A stretch of DNA of 64,000 nucleotides from positions 32,001 through 96,000 of the IMG/VR virus record IMGVR_UViG_3300047509_000156. One strand, 5' to 3'. Below, piece by piece: positions 18,594 through 28,217 of the stretch. Position 1 is the first letter of the stretch. Every line of letters begins with the position of its first letter. Under the pieces are notes generated by a model. It worked only from the letters and a program-made list of their open reading frames with translations, searched no databases and was not told the DNA's origin. A program made the position numbers and the translations under genes. The stretch is from a virus.

Positions 18594-19493
18594 TCAATTT
18601 GCGTTGACGTATGGCGCCAAGAGGCCCCCAGCTTCAGATGCCGTTATCGAATACTTGATCTGTTGCTGCATCATGGATAGCGCCGCGCCCTCATACGATA
18701 AATTTGAAAGCAGCGATCCAGCTCTTGTCGATGCCCTCAATTGCGCCACCATTCGCTCCGCTGCCAGGGTAATGTCGTAGGGTAGTTTATCCCAACCGGC
18801 ACAGTACGTGACCATCAGGTTGCCCTGGCCGTTGATGGGCACCGTGGAGAGGTTGATCCCTGGCGCGTAATACTTGGTACTCCACGTCTGGTTAATCCGC
18901 CACAGACAACCGCAGCGCGAAGAAGAATCAGGCTGGTCCCTGTCGATCCAGTAGTCGTTGCCGTAGTAGAGTTGCGACGATGGCGAAGAAAACGATCCCG
19001 GCACGCTGCCACCATATGACAGATCGTCCTGCACGATATTCGCCCCGAAGGAGAGCGTCGTCAACCCCGTCAACGCGGCAGCCTGCGACAGGGTGATCGT
19101 CCCCGTCCCCACCGTGGCAATCGTCGTCAGCGGCTGAATGGCAAACGAGCCGATACAGGATACCCCTTGGCCGGCGAAGAGGTACTTGGTACTGCTCATC
19201 CCCGTCACCACGCTCGATCCGGCGACCGTATTGCCCGTGTAGATGGGTGCCTGTACGGGCCGGTCGCGGAGGATAAGTGGCCCCTCCGAAGGTCCCGATC
19301 CCATCCAGGTGATCGGGTTGGCCGGGTTGGAGGCCAGCATTACCGTCCTTCCCAGGTGTTCCTGGATGGCTGCACTCACCTCGGCAATCAACTGGTTGAG
19401 GATGAAGTCGTAGAGCGTCTTGGAAGGCTGGATACCAAGGACGATCTTGACGGCCGGCAGGGAGGTACAGGGGTCTACGTTGGGGATGCTCAT
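18594..19493 (-). CDS. Head-tail connector (gp6-like) with inserted beta domain
   Basis: SLPAVKIVLGI...D.IL.QLI...S.AI.EHLGR; VTYCAGW..LPYDI.LA. Confidence 0.75.
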   Translation of the reverse strand: MSIPNVDPCTSLPAVKIVLGIQPSKTLYDFILNQLIAEVSAAIQEHLGRTVMLASNPANPITWMGSGPSEGPLILRDRPVQAPIYTGNTVAGSSVVTGMSSTKYLFAGQGVSCIGSFAIQPLTTIATVGTGTITLSQAAALTGLTTLSFGANIVQDDLSYGGSVPGSFSSPSSQLYYGNDYWIDRDQPDSSSRCGCLWRINQTWSTKYYAPGINLSTVPINGQGNLMVTYCAGWDKLPYDITLAAERMVAQLRASTRAGSLLSNLSYEGAALSMMQQQIKYSITASEAGGLLAPYVNAN

Positions 19494-19912
19494 CAGGACG
19501 AACCCACTTTATCTTTGAGAATGTTGCCTATGTGCCAGCCTTTACAGTCAGGGCATTCGTAGGCTTGCAGGACAAAGCCGGGTCGCTTGCCCATGTGAGA
19601 GATAGCTTTTTCAGCCTTCTCTTTGGATCGGTAGCAGGTTTTTCGCACACATCGGTGGTAGATATGTTGTAGCCTGCCATTACTTCCTGCTGTTTCTCTG
19701 TGGTTGCCGGACAGGTTCAATATATCTGATGCTTTTTCCACAGAGCCACAGATCGATGTCCCGTTCCAGTTCACGCCGCGAGAACGCCGACGTGGCGAAG
19801 ACCCATTCGCCATTCGCCATCACCCCATCGTCGGATCGGAAAACATACCCAACCCATACTCGCAGTTCCGAGACGAGCGGATGGCGCTGACAGCGGATCT
19901 GGGTGACGTGGC

Positions 19913-21751
19913 TCACACGGTTCTCTCAAAGGACATCGCCGGGCACTTCTCATCCTCTACTGCCATCGTATCGATGACGCCCTCGGGCAGGTCCTGCTTC
20001 CTACGGACAAACCACAGCGAATCAGGGCCGTGGCGCAGGACGCCGTACTTCCTCTGGAACCATGTCGAAGCGTAGCCTTCCGTCAGCGCTTTGTTGACAC
20101 CTTCCGAGTAGGTGTCATGGCCGCACAGAATCCCTCCCGGCTTGACGTTGATCATCCATAAATCGATGTCCCGCTGCGCTGACTCAAAGGCGTGGTCGCC
20201 GTCGATAAAGACGACATCCGCCGAGTCGGCAGCAAAGCGCGCCGCCGCCTGGAGCGACGTTGATAGCCACGATTCGATGGTTAGATCATGACGCAATCGT
20301 CGCAATTCGTCGCTCTGTGTTTGCCATGTCTTCATGGCCTCGGCGGGATCGAACTTTTCATTGTCGCCAATTCCCAGGAAGGGATCGACACAGATCAGTT
20401 TGCAGCCCGCAGGAAGGGCCAGGGCGACCGCCGAGGCGCTACGTCCCATCCAGGTGCCCACTTCAACCCAGACGCCTCCTGGGGCCAATTCTGACGCTCT
20501 CTTGGCCAGCCAGAGGAGTTCAGCGTGCGTCATCCATCCTGATACCGAGATGGCGTAGAGCGCTGCTACCTCGGGCGCGAAGGCGTTATGCTGTGGTTCC
20601 AGGGAAGCGTGCGGCACGACCTCAGTGGATCGCCTGGCGAACTCGTGGTTGGCCACCAGCATCTCGACCGCCTTGCCAGTCATCGTCTTGCCATTGACGT
20701 TCTTCTGGATCTTGTCCAGCAATTCGCCGCCGGAGCGAAGGTTTTCCATTTGCGTTTGCAGGATCGCGCCTGGTGCCCTATCTGTCCGGTCGCGGGGAAC
20801 GCTGGCCTCGTTCCTTCTCAGCAACGGCGTTCCCGTCGCTGGGCACAGTGCGAAGTGCGTCCAATGCCCGGCACGGTCCACGTAGGGCTTGAATTCCATC
20901 TCGCCATGTGAGGACCCGCACGCCTCGCAGTGCGGCACCAGCAGCGACACGATCCCCGCCTGCGACATCTTTGTCTTCCGTGCCGATGTGAGATCCGAGT
21001 GGATCTTCCGCTGGTGCTTGTGGAGATTGTCGAGTTGTTCGGGTGTGACGATGGCCGGCTTGCCAACCCAGTTGCTTTTGTGGTGCTGTGCCCAGTTGTC
21101 CCAGTCCACGTAGAGCGGCACGCCGGCAAAGAACAATTTGCGGTGGAAACAGCACTCCTCAGTCTCCAGAACCTCCGTCCCCTTGGCGTTGTAGGTGTAG
21201 TCGTACCAGGGCGGCTGGATGATATCGAAGCACTTCCCAGAGTAGGCAATACACCCAGTCCCGAGGTTGGCGACCCGCTCGATCCCCGTCCGCCGCGCCG
21301 CATCCTCGCGCCCCACGTTGACGACAAGATGCGTCTGGTCCTGTGTCCACGAGTGGATCAGGTTGTTCTCATCAATCGTTGGGTTCGATGCCGAACCCCA
21401 CTCGAAGACACAGACATTCTCCTGCACCCCACCCATACAGTAGGGCAATCCGATCACAGCCGGTCCCTGATGATTTAGAAGGAAGTCAACCATCCTCTCG
21501 AAGCATCCATCCTGCACCCACATATCGTCGTCGATCATGAAGACAACATCGGGCTTGATCTGTCTGAGCTGATCGGCGGCGAAGTTTCTTGCCACATTGG
21601 TGGGGAATCGCTTGACGGGCATGTAAACGAGTTCGCCCAGGTCCTCGCGGAGCCGGCAGGTGATCTCGGCATCGACGTGAAAGCGCGACACCTCTTCGCG
21701 ATGACTGCCTGAACCCAAGGGTTTGACGAGAGCGATGGTGTACTTGGCCAA
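19913..21751 (-). CDS. Glycosyltransferase (GT-A)/class I methyltransferase fusion
   Basis: FMIDDD, GTGC (GT); VEVGTWMGRS, VFIDGDH, GGILCGHD (MTase). Confidence 0.85.
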   Translation of the reverse strand: MAKYTIALVKPLGSGSHREEVSRFHVDAEITCRLREDLGELVYMPVKRFPTNVARNFAADQLRQIKPDVVFMIDDDMWVQDGCFERMVDFLLNHQGPAVIGLPYCMGGVQENVCVFEWGSASNPTIDENNLIHSWTQDQTHLVVNVGREDAARRTGIERVANLGTGCIAYSGKCFDIIQPPWYDYTYNAKGTEVLETEECCFHRKLFFAGVPLYVDWDNWAQHHKSNWVGKPAIVTPEQLDNLHKHQRKIHSDLTSARKTKMSQAGIVSLLVPHCEACGSSHGEMEFKPYVDRAGHWTHFALCPATGTPLLRRNEASVPRDRTDRAPGAILQTQMENLRSGGELLDKIQKNVNGKTMTGKAVEMLVANHEFARRSTEVVPHASLEPQHNAFAPEVAALYAISVSGWMTHAELLWLAKRASELAPGGVWVEVGTWMGRSASAVALALPAGCKLICVDPFLGIGDNEKFDPAEAMKTWQTQSDELRRLRHDLTIESWLSTSLQAAARFAADSADVVFIDGDHAFESAQRDIDLWMINVKPGGILCGHDTYSEGVNKALTEGYASTWFQRKYGVLRHGPDSLWFVRRKQDLPEGVIDTMAVEDEKCPAMSFERTV

Positions 21752-21753
21752 GA

Positions 21754-22137
21754 CTATTCTCCCTTTGGATACTTCAACCGTTCAATCTTCCACTTCTCCA
21801 TGCGGAATATCGTGCCTTCCTTTTCCATAACGCCTTCGCGTGTTCCCGGCTTGATCTTGATGGTGTGGACGGAGTAGTAGGATTCATCCCTCAGAGGCAT
21901 TATCGCCTCGCGGAACCACAGACGGCCGTTGCTGATGCCCCAGCGTCCGGCGTATCTGGTAGAGAGCCAGGAGGATTCGTAGTAGCCGTCCGCACGAAGA
22001 ATGGCGTCGAACTTGTTTGTCCCCCATGTTATTTGCCAGTGGCCAGCAAACGCCGGAACCGTCAGCGGTACGGCAGGTGCAGGCCGAGGAAACGGCGCCG
22101 GTGCCGCGATGGCCAGGCAGAGGAGGAGATGGTTCAT
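21754..22137 (-). CDS. Secreted planctomycete-type protein
   Basis: Signal peptide followed by APAPFP, then GxW beta strands. Confidence 0.65.
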   Translation of the reverse strand: MNHLLLCLAIAAPAPFPRPAPAVPLTVPAFAGHWQITWGTNKFDAILRADGYYESSWLSTRYAGRWGISNGRLWFREAIMPLRDESYYSVHTIKIKPGTREGVMEKEGTIFRMEKWKIERLKYPKGE

Positions 22138-22138
22138 G

Positions 22139-22438
22139 CTACTCCGGTATGACGATGACTTGTTTCGATGGCACCACGACGCCGCCTTCCGCCCATGCGC
22201 CGGGAAGATAACTGGCAGGCCAGCCGGGGAACTCCTTGATCCTCCAGGCACCGTCAGGATAGAGCGGCGACGGTTCGATATAGGTGGCGCATTCTTTTGG
22301 GATGTGGCAAACTCTCAGCAACCGTCCGAATCCATCCTTGACGTTCCAGAGAAGCAGTTTGCCTGTCTGTTTTTCTTTCTCGGGAAATGCCCATCCAAAG
22401 AGACAGGCGATCGTCGATAGGAATACTCGTCTGATCAT
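22139..22438 (-). CDS. Small protein with twin-arginine-like leader
   Basis: MIRRVFL. Confidence 0.55.
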   Translation of the reverse strand: MIRRVFLSTIACLFGWAFPEKEKQTGKLLLWNVKDGFGRLLRVCHIPKECATYIEPSPLYPDGAWRIKEFPGWPASYLPGAWAEGGVVVPSKQVIVIPE

Positions 22439-22656
22439 GTTGACTCCTGCCAATGTTTGTCGATTGGTTTGAGTTTACGCAGGCGACGTATTTCATTGAT
22501 GGTGAGCGGCCCCGTCTGAAGATCAGGAGCGAAACAGATCATCTTGGCGCATCGTCTGCTTGTTTGTCGTGGTTTCTTTGGCTGTGGCGTCTTCTTGACG
22601 AGGAGCGACAACCCGGTAAGGCCAATAAGAGAAGCAAGAAAGTTTCGCCGGATCAT
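22435..22656 (-). CDS. Small protein with twin-arginine-like leader
   Basis: MIRRNFL plus hydrophobic stretch. Confidence 0.55.
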   Translation of the reverse strand: MIRRNFLASLIGLTGLSLLVKKTPQPKKPRQTSRRCAKMICFAPDLQTGPLTINEIRRLRKLKPIDKHWQEST

Positions 22657-22859
22657 GCGTATTCCTCCACTTCCTGTCCGCCATCGGCGAAAGCGTTACC
22701 AATCTCCTTGACGGCGTCGTACATACCGCCAGTTGGTGGCCCCATGAGGAAACCACCGCCACGGTGAAGGAGTGCCTTGTAGAGATGCACGAAGACCCTG
22801 TCCTGGCATTCCGGTGGCAGTTTGTCGAACTTCTTCCGCAGGTATTCTCCCGTCGTCAT
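22653..22859 (-). CDS. Hypothetical protein
   Basis: GGAGG RBS, coupled. Confidence 0.55.
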   Translation of the reverse strand: MTTGEYLRKKFDKLPPECQDRVFVHLYKALLHRGGGFLMGPPTGGMYDAVKEIGNAFADGGQEVEEYA

Positions 22860-23734
22860 CGCTTCCTCCGTCCGTAACTTAACTCATTGAGTGCCGCTGA
22901 AATCTTCCTTGCCGCCTGACGCTCCGTCTGATCCATCTTGCCCCACGGGTCGCTCTGCGCCTCGTAGAGTCGTTCCATCTCCACCGTCTCGGCAGCATTT
23001 CCATCGGGGTCGATGTCGTTGAGTTGCAGGAGTATCGAGACATACTTGGCGAAGGGACTCACGGTGGTTGCTCCGTGACGGGCTGCACGCCAGCATATAC
23101 ACTCGCCGCGTTCTCCACAATGAGACACGGACACAGGTAGAGCATCCTGTGTCCGTGTGACCAGCGTGGAGAGATTGGCGATGGGAGATTTCTCAGGCCG
23201 GCTTGTCCTGTGTACCCATTTGGGCCGTGAAGAGAGCGGCCATGTAGGCGTCGGCCGCAGCCACGGATTTCAGGCTCTCCGGTTTGCCCTGTGCGTTTGC
23301 CAGAGATGCTGCAAGGATCGAGGTTGCTGCGCCGATAAGTGTGTCATTGGCGGCTACGGTTGGTTTGCTCATTGTTTCTCCTCAGAGTAAGAATCAGATC
23401 GAACCGGAAGAATGCCGCGTGATCGTCAGTTCGCCCCTCTCGTCCACGGCGGCATCCTCAACGAAGTATGGCTCGGCGGCGCAACCTCCTGCAAGGGCGC
23501 TGGTAATCTCGGCCATCATGTCCTTGTCGGGATGCACACAGATGTACGCTTCCAGAATCTTGCCGCACTCGGCCACAAGGACGATTTTCTTGGTTGGCAG
23601 CCTGATGCTCTGTTTGTGACCGATGCCCAGAGCGTTCAGAAAGGCGTCAACGGCGTCGATTCCTCGCATGGCCATGACTTGTCTCCAGAGGCGGGCGGCA
23701 CCGGCAGTATACAGCATGGCGGCGCGAGATCGTC

Positions 23735-24214
23735 TCAGACGGACGGACTTCTACTGAACCCGCCTTCACCAGTACCGAAACCGGGCTGACGTTTCTTCCC
23801 GCTGATCAGGAACCCCGACAGCCCAAACGCCCCAGTCGCGGTCGTCGCCGCGAAGGTATTGGCGTTCATGCGGACGTACCGCTGCGTCCGCAGTCCCATG
23901 ATGGCCTGGAACAAGTTGGCGCCTGCCGTCGTGGCCGTCACCGTGAGGATCATCTGCGTGATCCCGTAGTCCGCCGAATTGACGCCGGAGATCACGGTCC
24001 ACGACCCCGTGCCAGAGGGTGATTCCTCGGCCTGCACGACGAGGTTGGTTACGTTGGCCACTGTGGGTACGGAGGCGATCAGCTGCATGGCGATACTGAA
24101 CTCGCCGTCGCCCGACGTGGCCCAATCAGCCGAAGCACCCTGCGACGTGGCGGCGAGGGTGACGTTGTTGAACTGGAAGGAGCGAAGCGTCTCATTGACG
24201 TAGTCCAGAAGCAT
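23735..24214 (-). CDS. Capsid decoration/cement protein (Bbp16-like)
   Basis: Next minus-strand gene after capsid; VQAEES...SW, QRYVR motifs. Confidence 0.65.
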   Translation of the reverse strand: MLLDYVNETLRSFQFNNVTLAATSQGASADWATSGDGEFSIAMQLIASVPTVANVTNLVVQAEESPSGTGSWTVISGVNSADYGITQMILTVTATTAGANLFQAIMGLRTQRYVRMNANTFAATTATGAFGLSGFLISGKKRQPGFGTGEGGFSRSPSV

Positions 24215-24258
24215 CGGAATCACCTCATGGAAAATGGGTTACGACGAGTGGAATTGAG

Positions 24259-24285
24259 GTCACTCGCGATGGGTTTGGGCGTATA
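24259..24285 (+). promoter_or_regulatory. GTCACT-N15-CGTATA variant motif upstream of HNH gene
   Basis: One mismatch, same spacing; overlaps TATAAT. Confidence 0.55.
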
Positions 24286-24366
24286 ATGAAGGCGGACCCG
24301 GCACCGTCCCTTAACGGTGTCAGGTCCTGACCGATCAAAGCACCCTTGACTAGAAAGGGCACCTCG

Positions 24367-25260
24367 ATGGCTACAGGACAGCGTATCAGGGATCTCGCCG
24401 GGCAGCGCTTCGAGCGGCTTCTCGTTCTCCGCTTCGACTCGATCAACCACAACAGCAAGGTTGTCTGGTGGTGCCGTTGCGACTGCGGGACCGAGAAGGC
24501 GATCCTGGGCGCGCATATGACACGAACCACTGATCCGGTCGTCTCCTGTGGTTGCTGGCGACGGGAGATGCCGAAGATCCGCGACAGTAAACCGGGGCGA
24601 CAGACGGACGGCAAGCGAGCGCCGGAATACACGGCATGGTGTGGCGCCAAGGATCGCTGCTGTCGAAAAGGCGCCAGGAGTTATCCCGATTACGGCGGGC
24701 GAGGCATCGTCATGTGCGACGAGTGGCGCGACAGTTTCGATGCCTTCCTGGCCGACATGGGAACCAAACCGGGTCCGGAATACTCTCTCGAAAGGCAGGA
24801 CGTTAATGGGCCGTATGCGCCATGGAATTGTGTCTGGGCGCTGCCGGTTGAACAGGGCAACAACAAGAGGAACAACGTCCTGCTGACTTTCCAGGGACGG
24901 ACGATGAGCGTTTCGCAGTGGGCGCGAGAGTTGGGGATGAAGGTACTTACGCTTTATCAGAGGATTCGTCGTGGCATGTCGATTGAGGACGCTTTTACCG
25001 CTCCGCTTCGCCAGCAAGGAACACTGACTCCTGAAGAACGAAACAGGAGATACCTGGCTCGTTCCGCTATCAGAGATCGTGTTCGTCGCGGCAAGATGCC
25101 TCACGTTTCAACCCTCAAGTGTGTCTTTTGCGGTAAGCAAGCCGAGCATTACGACCACTACGCGGGCTACGATAGGGCTAATCGGCTTACGGTTCGTCCT
25201 GTTTGCGAGCGGCATCACCTCTGGGAACATGGCTCTCTTTTGGTCGAGCCAAAAGACTGA
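24367..25260 (+). CDS. HNH-type homing endonuclease with additional C-terminal Zn/HNH-like domain (antisense)
   Basis: WCRCDCG, YGGRGI, ERQDVNGPYAPWNCVWA; C-terminal CVFCG..HYDH..VCERHH. Confidence 0.85.
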   Translation: MATGQRIRDLAGQRFERLLVLRFDSINHNSKVVWWCRCDCGTEKAILGAHMTRTTDPVVSCGCWRREMPKIRDSKPGRQTDGKRAPEYTAWCGAKDRCCRKGARSYPDYGGRGIVMCDEWRDSFDAFLADMGTKPGPEYSLERQDVNGPYAPWNCVWALPVEQGNNKRNNVLLTFQGRTMSVSQWARELGMKVLTLYQRIRRGMSIEDAFTAPLRQQGTLTPEERNRRYLARSAIRDRVRRGKMPHVSTLKCVFCGKQAEHYDHYAGYDRANRLTVRPVCERHHLWEHGSLLVEPKD

Positions 25261-25269
25261 CAAATCGCG

Positions 25270-26769
25270 TCATGGGCCGACAGTGGCGCAGGAAATTGAA
25301 TCGCAAAAAGCCACTGTTCCGGGGTGTCTTGGACCTCCGTCGCCCGTGAGCACGCACCTGACCGCGCATTGGTCGCTCGACAGAAGTGTATAGCCCACAT
25401 CGGTTTGTACGAACTCAATTGCGCCGAAGAGGCCCAAGAGGTAGTCCGCCCATCCCGAAAAAAGTACATACGTCGCGTTCGTCACTCCACCCCGATTGTT
25501 GACGACCTGCACCGTCTTCGTCACCGGGTAGCCCGCCAGGTGCGGAATCGCCTTGCCCTTCAAATCGCGCACCAGCTCGTACACGAAGCCGCCCACTTGC
25601 CCGGCCCCGGAGTAAGGCGTCCACCGCGTCTGACTGAACGCATAACTCAACTGCGGCCTCATGATGAAGCCGCCGTTGTCCTGGTCGGGATTGCCATTGT
25701 TTTCCTCGACCACCATCGGGAAGGAGTAGGCGTCCTGCGGCGAGAGTTGGTTCGGTGAACCCGACGCTCCCGTCTGCGTCACTAGCGCCAACCCGTATGG
25801 GTTGCCCGAAGCGCTGCCCATCGTGGCCAGTCCCAGCGGTTGTGTCTGAGAGCCGTTGCCCTGGAGGAGGTAGAAGTCCAACTGCAAGGCGACACTCTTG
25901 AAGATGTCCGCCCTGATCAGGGCCTCGGTAGCCGGCGCCCCGTAGCGCAGCAACTCGTTGGGCAGCACCACCACGGTGATCATCTTGCGGGCGTTGAGGT
26001 TCAGCGCCCCCGTCGTGACCGTGGTTGGGGTTGTCTGGTTATTTTCCAGTTGCCCCTGGCTGGCTGTGGGCGTGATGAGGCGGGGGTAGGTGATTCGGCC
26101 CGAAGGACCCAGCGGCACGACGGTGGCGCCGGCGTTGAGCAATGCCTCGCGATTTCTCAGGAGTTCGATGGGCGGCCCGAAGGTTGGGGGAGGGACAAAG
26201 GTGCCGCCGCCGGCCTGGTCGGTCCAACTCTGCGCGGGTAGCGCGGCTGCCTTGCCGCCGTAGCCGGAAAGATCGTCGCGCAGGCCCTTGTTGTCGTAGG
26301 CTTTCTTGTACCAGTGCTGGATCTCTTCGGGGTCGGCACGATCGACGCCATGCTGAAGGAGCGATTTCATCTCGTAGTAGTCATCGTTGCTCATCATCTC
26401 CGAGTTGAACCCATCGGGCCACAGAGGGGCGAAGCAGTGCCCCGCTCCGGCGAACTTCTGGAAGCCGCCGCCGGCCTGGAAGGTAGCGTTGCGGATCTTT
26501 TCGGAGAGCATTCCCTCGACCTTGCAGAACTCAGGAGGGATGTGGCCGCCCACCATGCCCAGCATCTTGCCGAAGTAGAAGCCGCGCGAGGTCATGATGT
26601 TTTCACCACGCCGGGCATAGGGCGCCGATCCTGCGGGGGCGCCGAGAACTGGCTGCGCCCCCGTGTCGCGGGCGGCGGCGAGGCGGGCGTCGGTCGTCTC
26701 GATCTTGTTGAGCCGGCTTTCCATGTTGGACAGGACCTTGAGGACCTGTTCAGTGGCGGATTCTGGCAT
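25270..26769 (-). CDS. Major capsid protein (HK97 fold)
   Basis: GGTFVPP, IELLR, LNARK, PNELL, LLQGNGS..PLG, LAGYPV, VRCV...DGG motifs. Confidence 0.9.
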   Translation of the reverse strand: MPESATEQVLKVLSNMESRLNKIETTDARLAAARDTGAQPVLGAPAGSAPYARRGENIMTSRGFYFGKMLGMVGGHIPPEFCKVEGMLSEKIRNATFQAGGGFQKFAGAGHCFAPLWPDGFNSEMMSNDDYYEMKSLLQHGVDRADPEEIQHWYKKAYDNKGLRDDLSGYGGKAAALPAQSWTDQAGGGTFVPPPTFGPPIELLRNREALLNAGATVVPLGPSGRITYPRLITPTASQGQLENNQTTPTTVTTGALNLNARKMITVVVLPNELLRYGAPATEALIRADIFKSVALQLDFYLLQGNGSQTQPLGLATMGSASGNPYGLALVTQTGASGSPNQLSPQDAYSFPMVVEENNGNPDQDNGGFIMRPQLSYAFSQTRWTPYSGAGQVGGFVYELVRDLKGKAIPHLAGYPVTKTVQVVNNRGGVTNATYVLFSGWADYLLGLFGAIEFVQTDVGYTLLSSDQCAVRCVLTGDGGPRHPGTVAFCDSISCATVGP

Positions 26770-26793
26770 TGGATACCTCTTCTTGTTTTTGGC

Positions 26794-27612
26794 TCAACTC
26801 GCCGCTGTTCCGGAGCGGCGTGCCTCGATCGAGGCGAGTTTAGAATCGAGTTTCTGGATAAAGGGAACGATCCCCTTCATCTGGTGTTCATCCATCTCTT
26901 CCATCGGCGCCCCTTCGCCTTCCTCTCCTTCGCCCATGTCGTCCTTGGTACACATCTTCTGACAGTAGGCGCGGAGCGATTGGGCGTGCTGCATGTGCAG
27001 ATCGCGCATCATCCTGTCGGGGTGCGTCTTGCCCTGGCTCTCCAGCCAGTCGGCGACGTGATGAATTGGTGAGAGCGTCTCGTTAACCGCATCGCCCGTG
27101 TGCATTCCCTTGCCCGTCATCGCCTTTCCACCCTTGCCGCCCTTCTCCTCCTCTTCCTTGGTGGGCGGCTTCTCTTCCTTCTTGGGCTTTTCCTCGTCCT
27201 TACCTTCCTCGCCGGGCTTCTCCTCGTCGGCCATCGGCTTCTTTTCCCGCTCGCCCTCGGCGGTTTCGGCTTCCTCGATGCGAGTCTCCCCTTCGGGTTT
27301 CTTGGCTGCCGGGTGGACTTCGGGCAACTCCTCGTAACCCCCTTCGATGTCGGGGTATTCCTTCTCGTGGATCGCCCTGGCCTCGTTGCCCGACTTGCCG
27401 AGCATCGTGGTCATCTTGTGGGCAAATTTGCGGACGGGAGGATGTTCGGACTTGTGGCCGCACTCCAGAGCATTCGTGTGCGCCAGTTTGATCGATTCGT
27501 GCAAATTGGCGAGGTGCTGGCAGGAGTAGGGGATCTCCAACTCCTCGTCGCGGTGTTCCGGTGTGGTAGGAGTGTTGGCCGCTGCTGCGTTTGCCTGCTC
27601 TTGTTCGGCCAT
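26794..27612 (-). CDS. Putative capsid scaffolding protein
   Basis: E/K-rich low-complexity protein directly upstream of capsid gene. Confidence 0.5.
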   Translation of the reverse strand: MAEQEQANAAAANTPTTPEHRDEELEIPYSCQHLANLHESIKLAHTNALECGHKSEHPPVRKFAHKMTTMLGKSGNEARAIHEKEYPDIEGGYEELPEVHPAAKKPEGETRIEEAETAEGEREKKPMADEEKPGEEGKDEEKPKKEEKPPTKEEEEKGGKGGKAMTGKGMHTGDAVNETLSPIHHVADWLESQGKTHPDRMMRDLHMQHAQSLRAYCQKMCTKDDMGEGEEGEGAPMEEMDEHQMKGIVPFIQKLDSKLASIEARRSGTAAS

Positions 27613-27891
27613 TGCGGTGTTCCGGGTAGAAATACTGGCTGTATACCCGGTGAATCGGACGGGTTGGATTATCCAGACATAATCGCGGCAGTTGAGGCGT
27701 TCAAGGCAATTCGCGGAATAGGCGTAGACGCCATATACGCCAGGAGTCTAGGATTTTCGGTGGAACAGCGCGCATCCTGGCTTCTCCCCCGGCGAGTGAA
27801 TCCGCCGGGGGAGATTGCTTTTATGGGAGGTGGCTAGTAGAGTTGGTGCCAGTAGGGAACCGCTCGTACCAAATACTTTACGGGGGTGAGG

Positions 27892-27928
27892 CGCCGCCAG
27901 GCAGAGAAATCTGCCGGCGGCGTTTTTC
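27892..27928 (+). terminator. Rho-independent terminator-like hairpin
   Basis: cgccgcc(a)ggcag-agaaat-ctgccggcggcg followed by TTTTT. Confidence 0.6.
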
Positions 27929-27931
27929 CTT

Positions 27932-27958
27932 GTCACACCCAATCAAAACAAGCGTATA
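27932..27958 (+). promoter_or_regulatory. GTCACA-N15-CGTATA motif copy 3
   Basis: Exact motif ahead of isolated plus-strand gene. Confidence 0.8.
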
Positions 27959-27989
27959 TGGACACGGTCGCCCCACTACTAGGGAAACC

Positions 27990-28217
27990 ATGTCCACCAT
28001 ATCGCAGCAGAGAATCGCCTCGATCCGCGTCTGGGCCGCTGATGTTCGTGATCAGGCAGACGATACCAGTGTCAGTGAACTGGCGTCTTCTCTGTGCCAC
28101 CTGATCGATTTACACGGCAGGATCGAGGCGGATAACGTCCGTCTTGGTATCGAGACGAGTATTGCACTTCTGATCGGTAAACTGGCTTTAACCTGGGCCG
28201 GCTGGCCGGGTAAGTGA
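27990..28217 (+). CDS. Hypothetical protein
   Basis: Own promoter motif and RBS. Confidence 0.55.
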   Translation: MSTISQQRIASIRVWAADVRDQADDTSVSELASSLCHLIDLHGRIEADNVRLGIETSIALLIGKLALTWAGWPGK

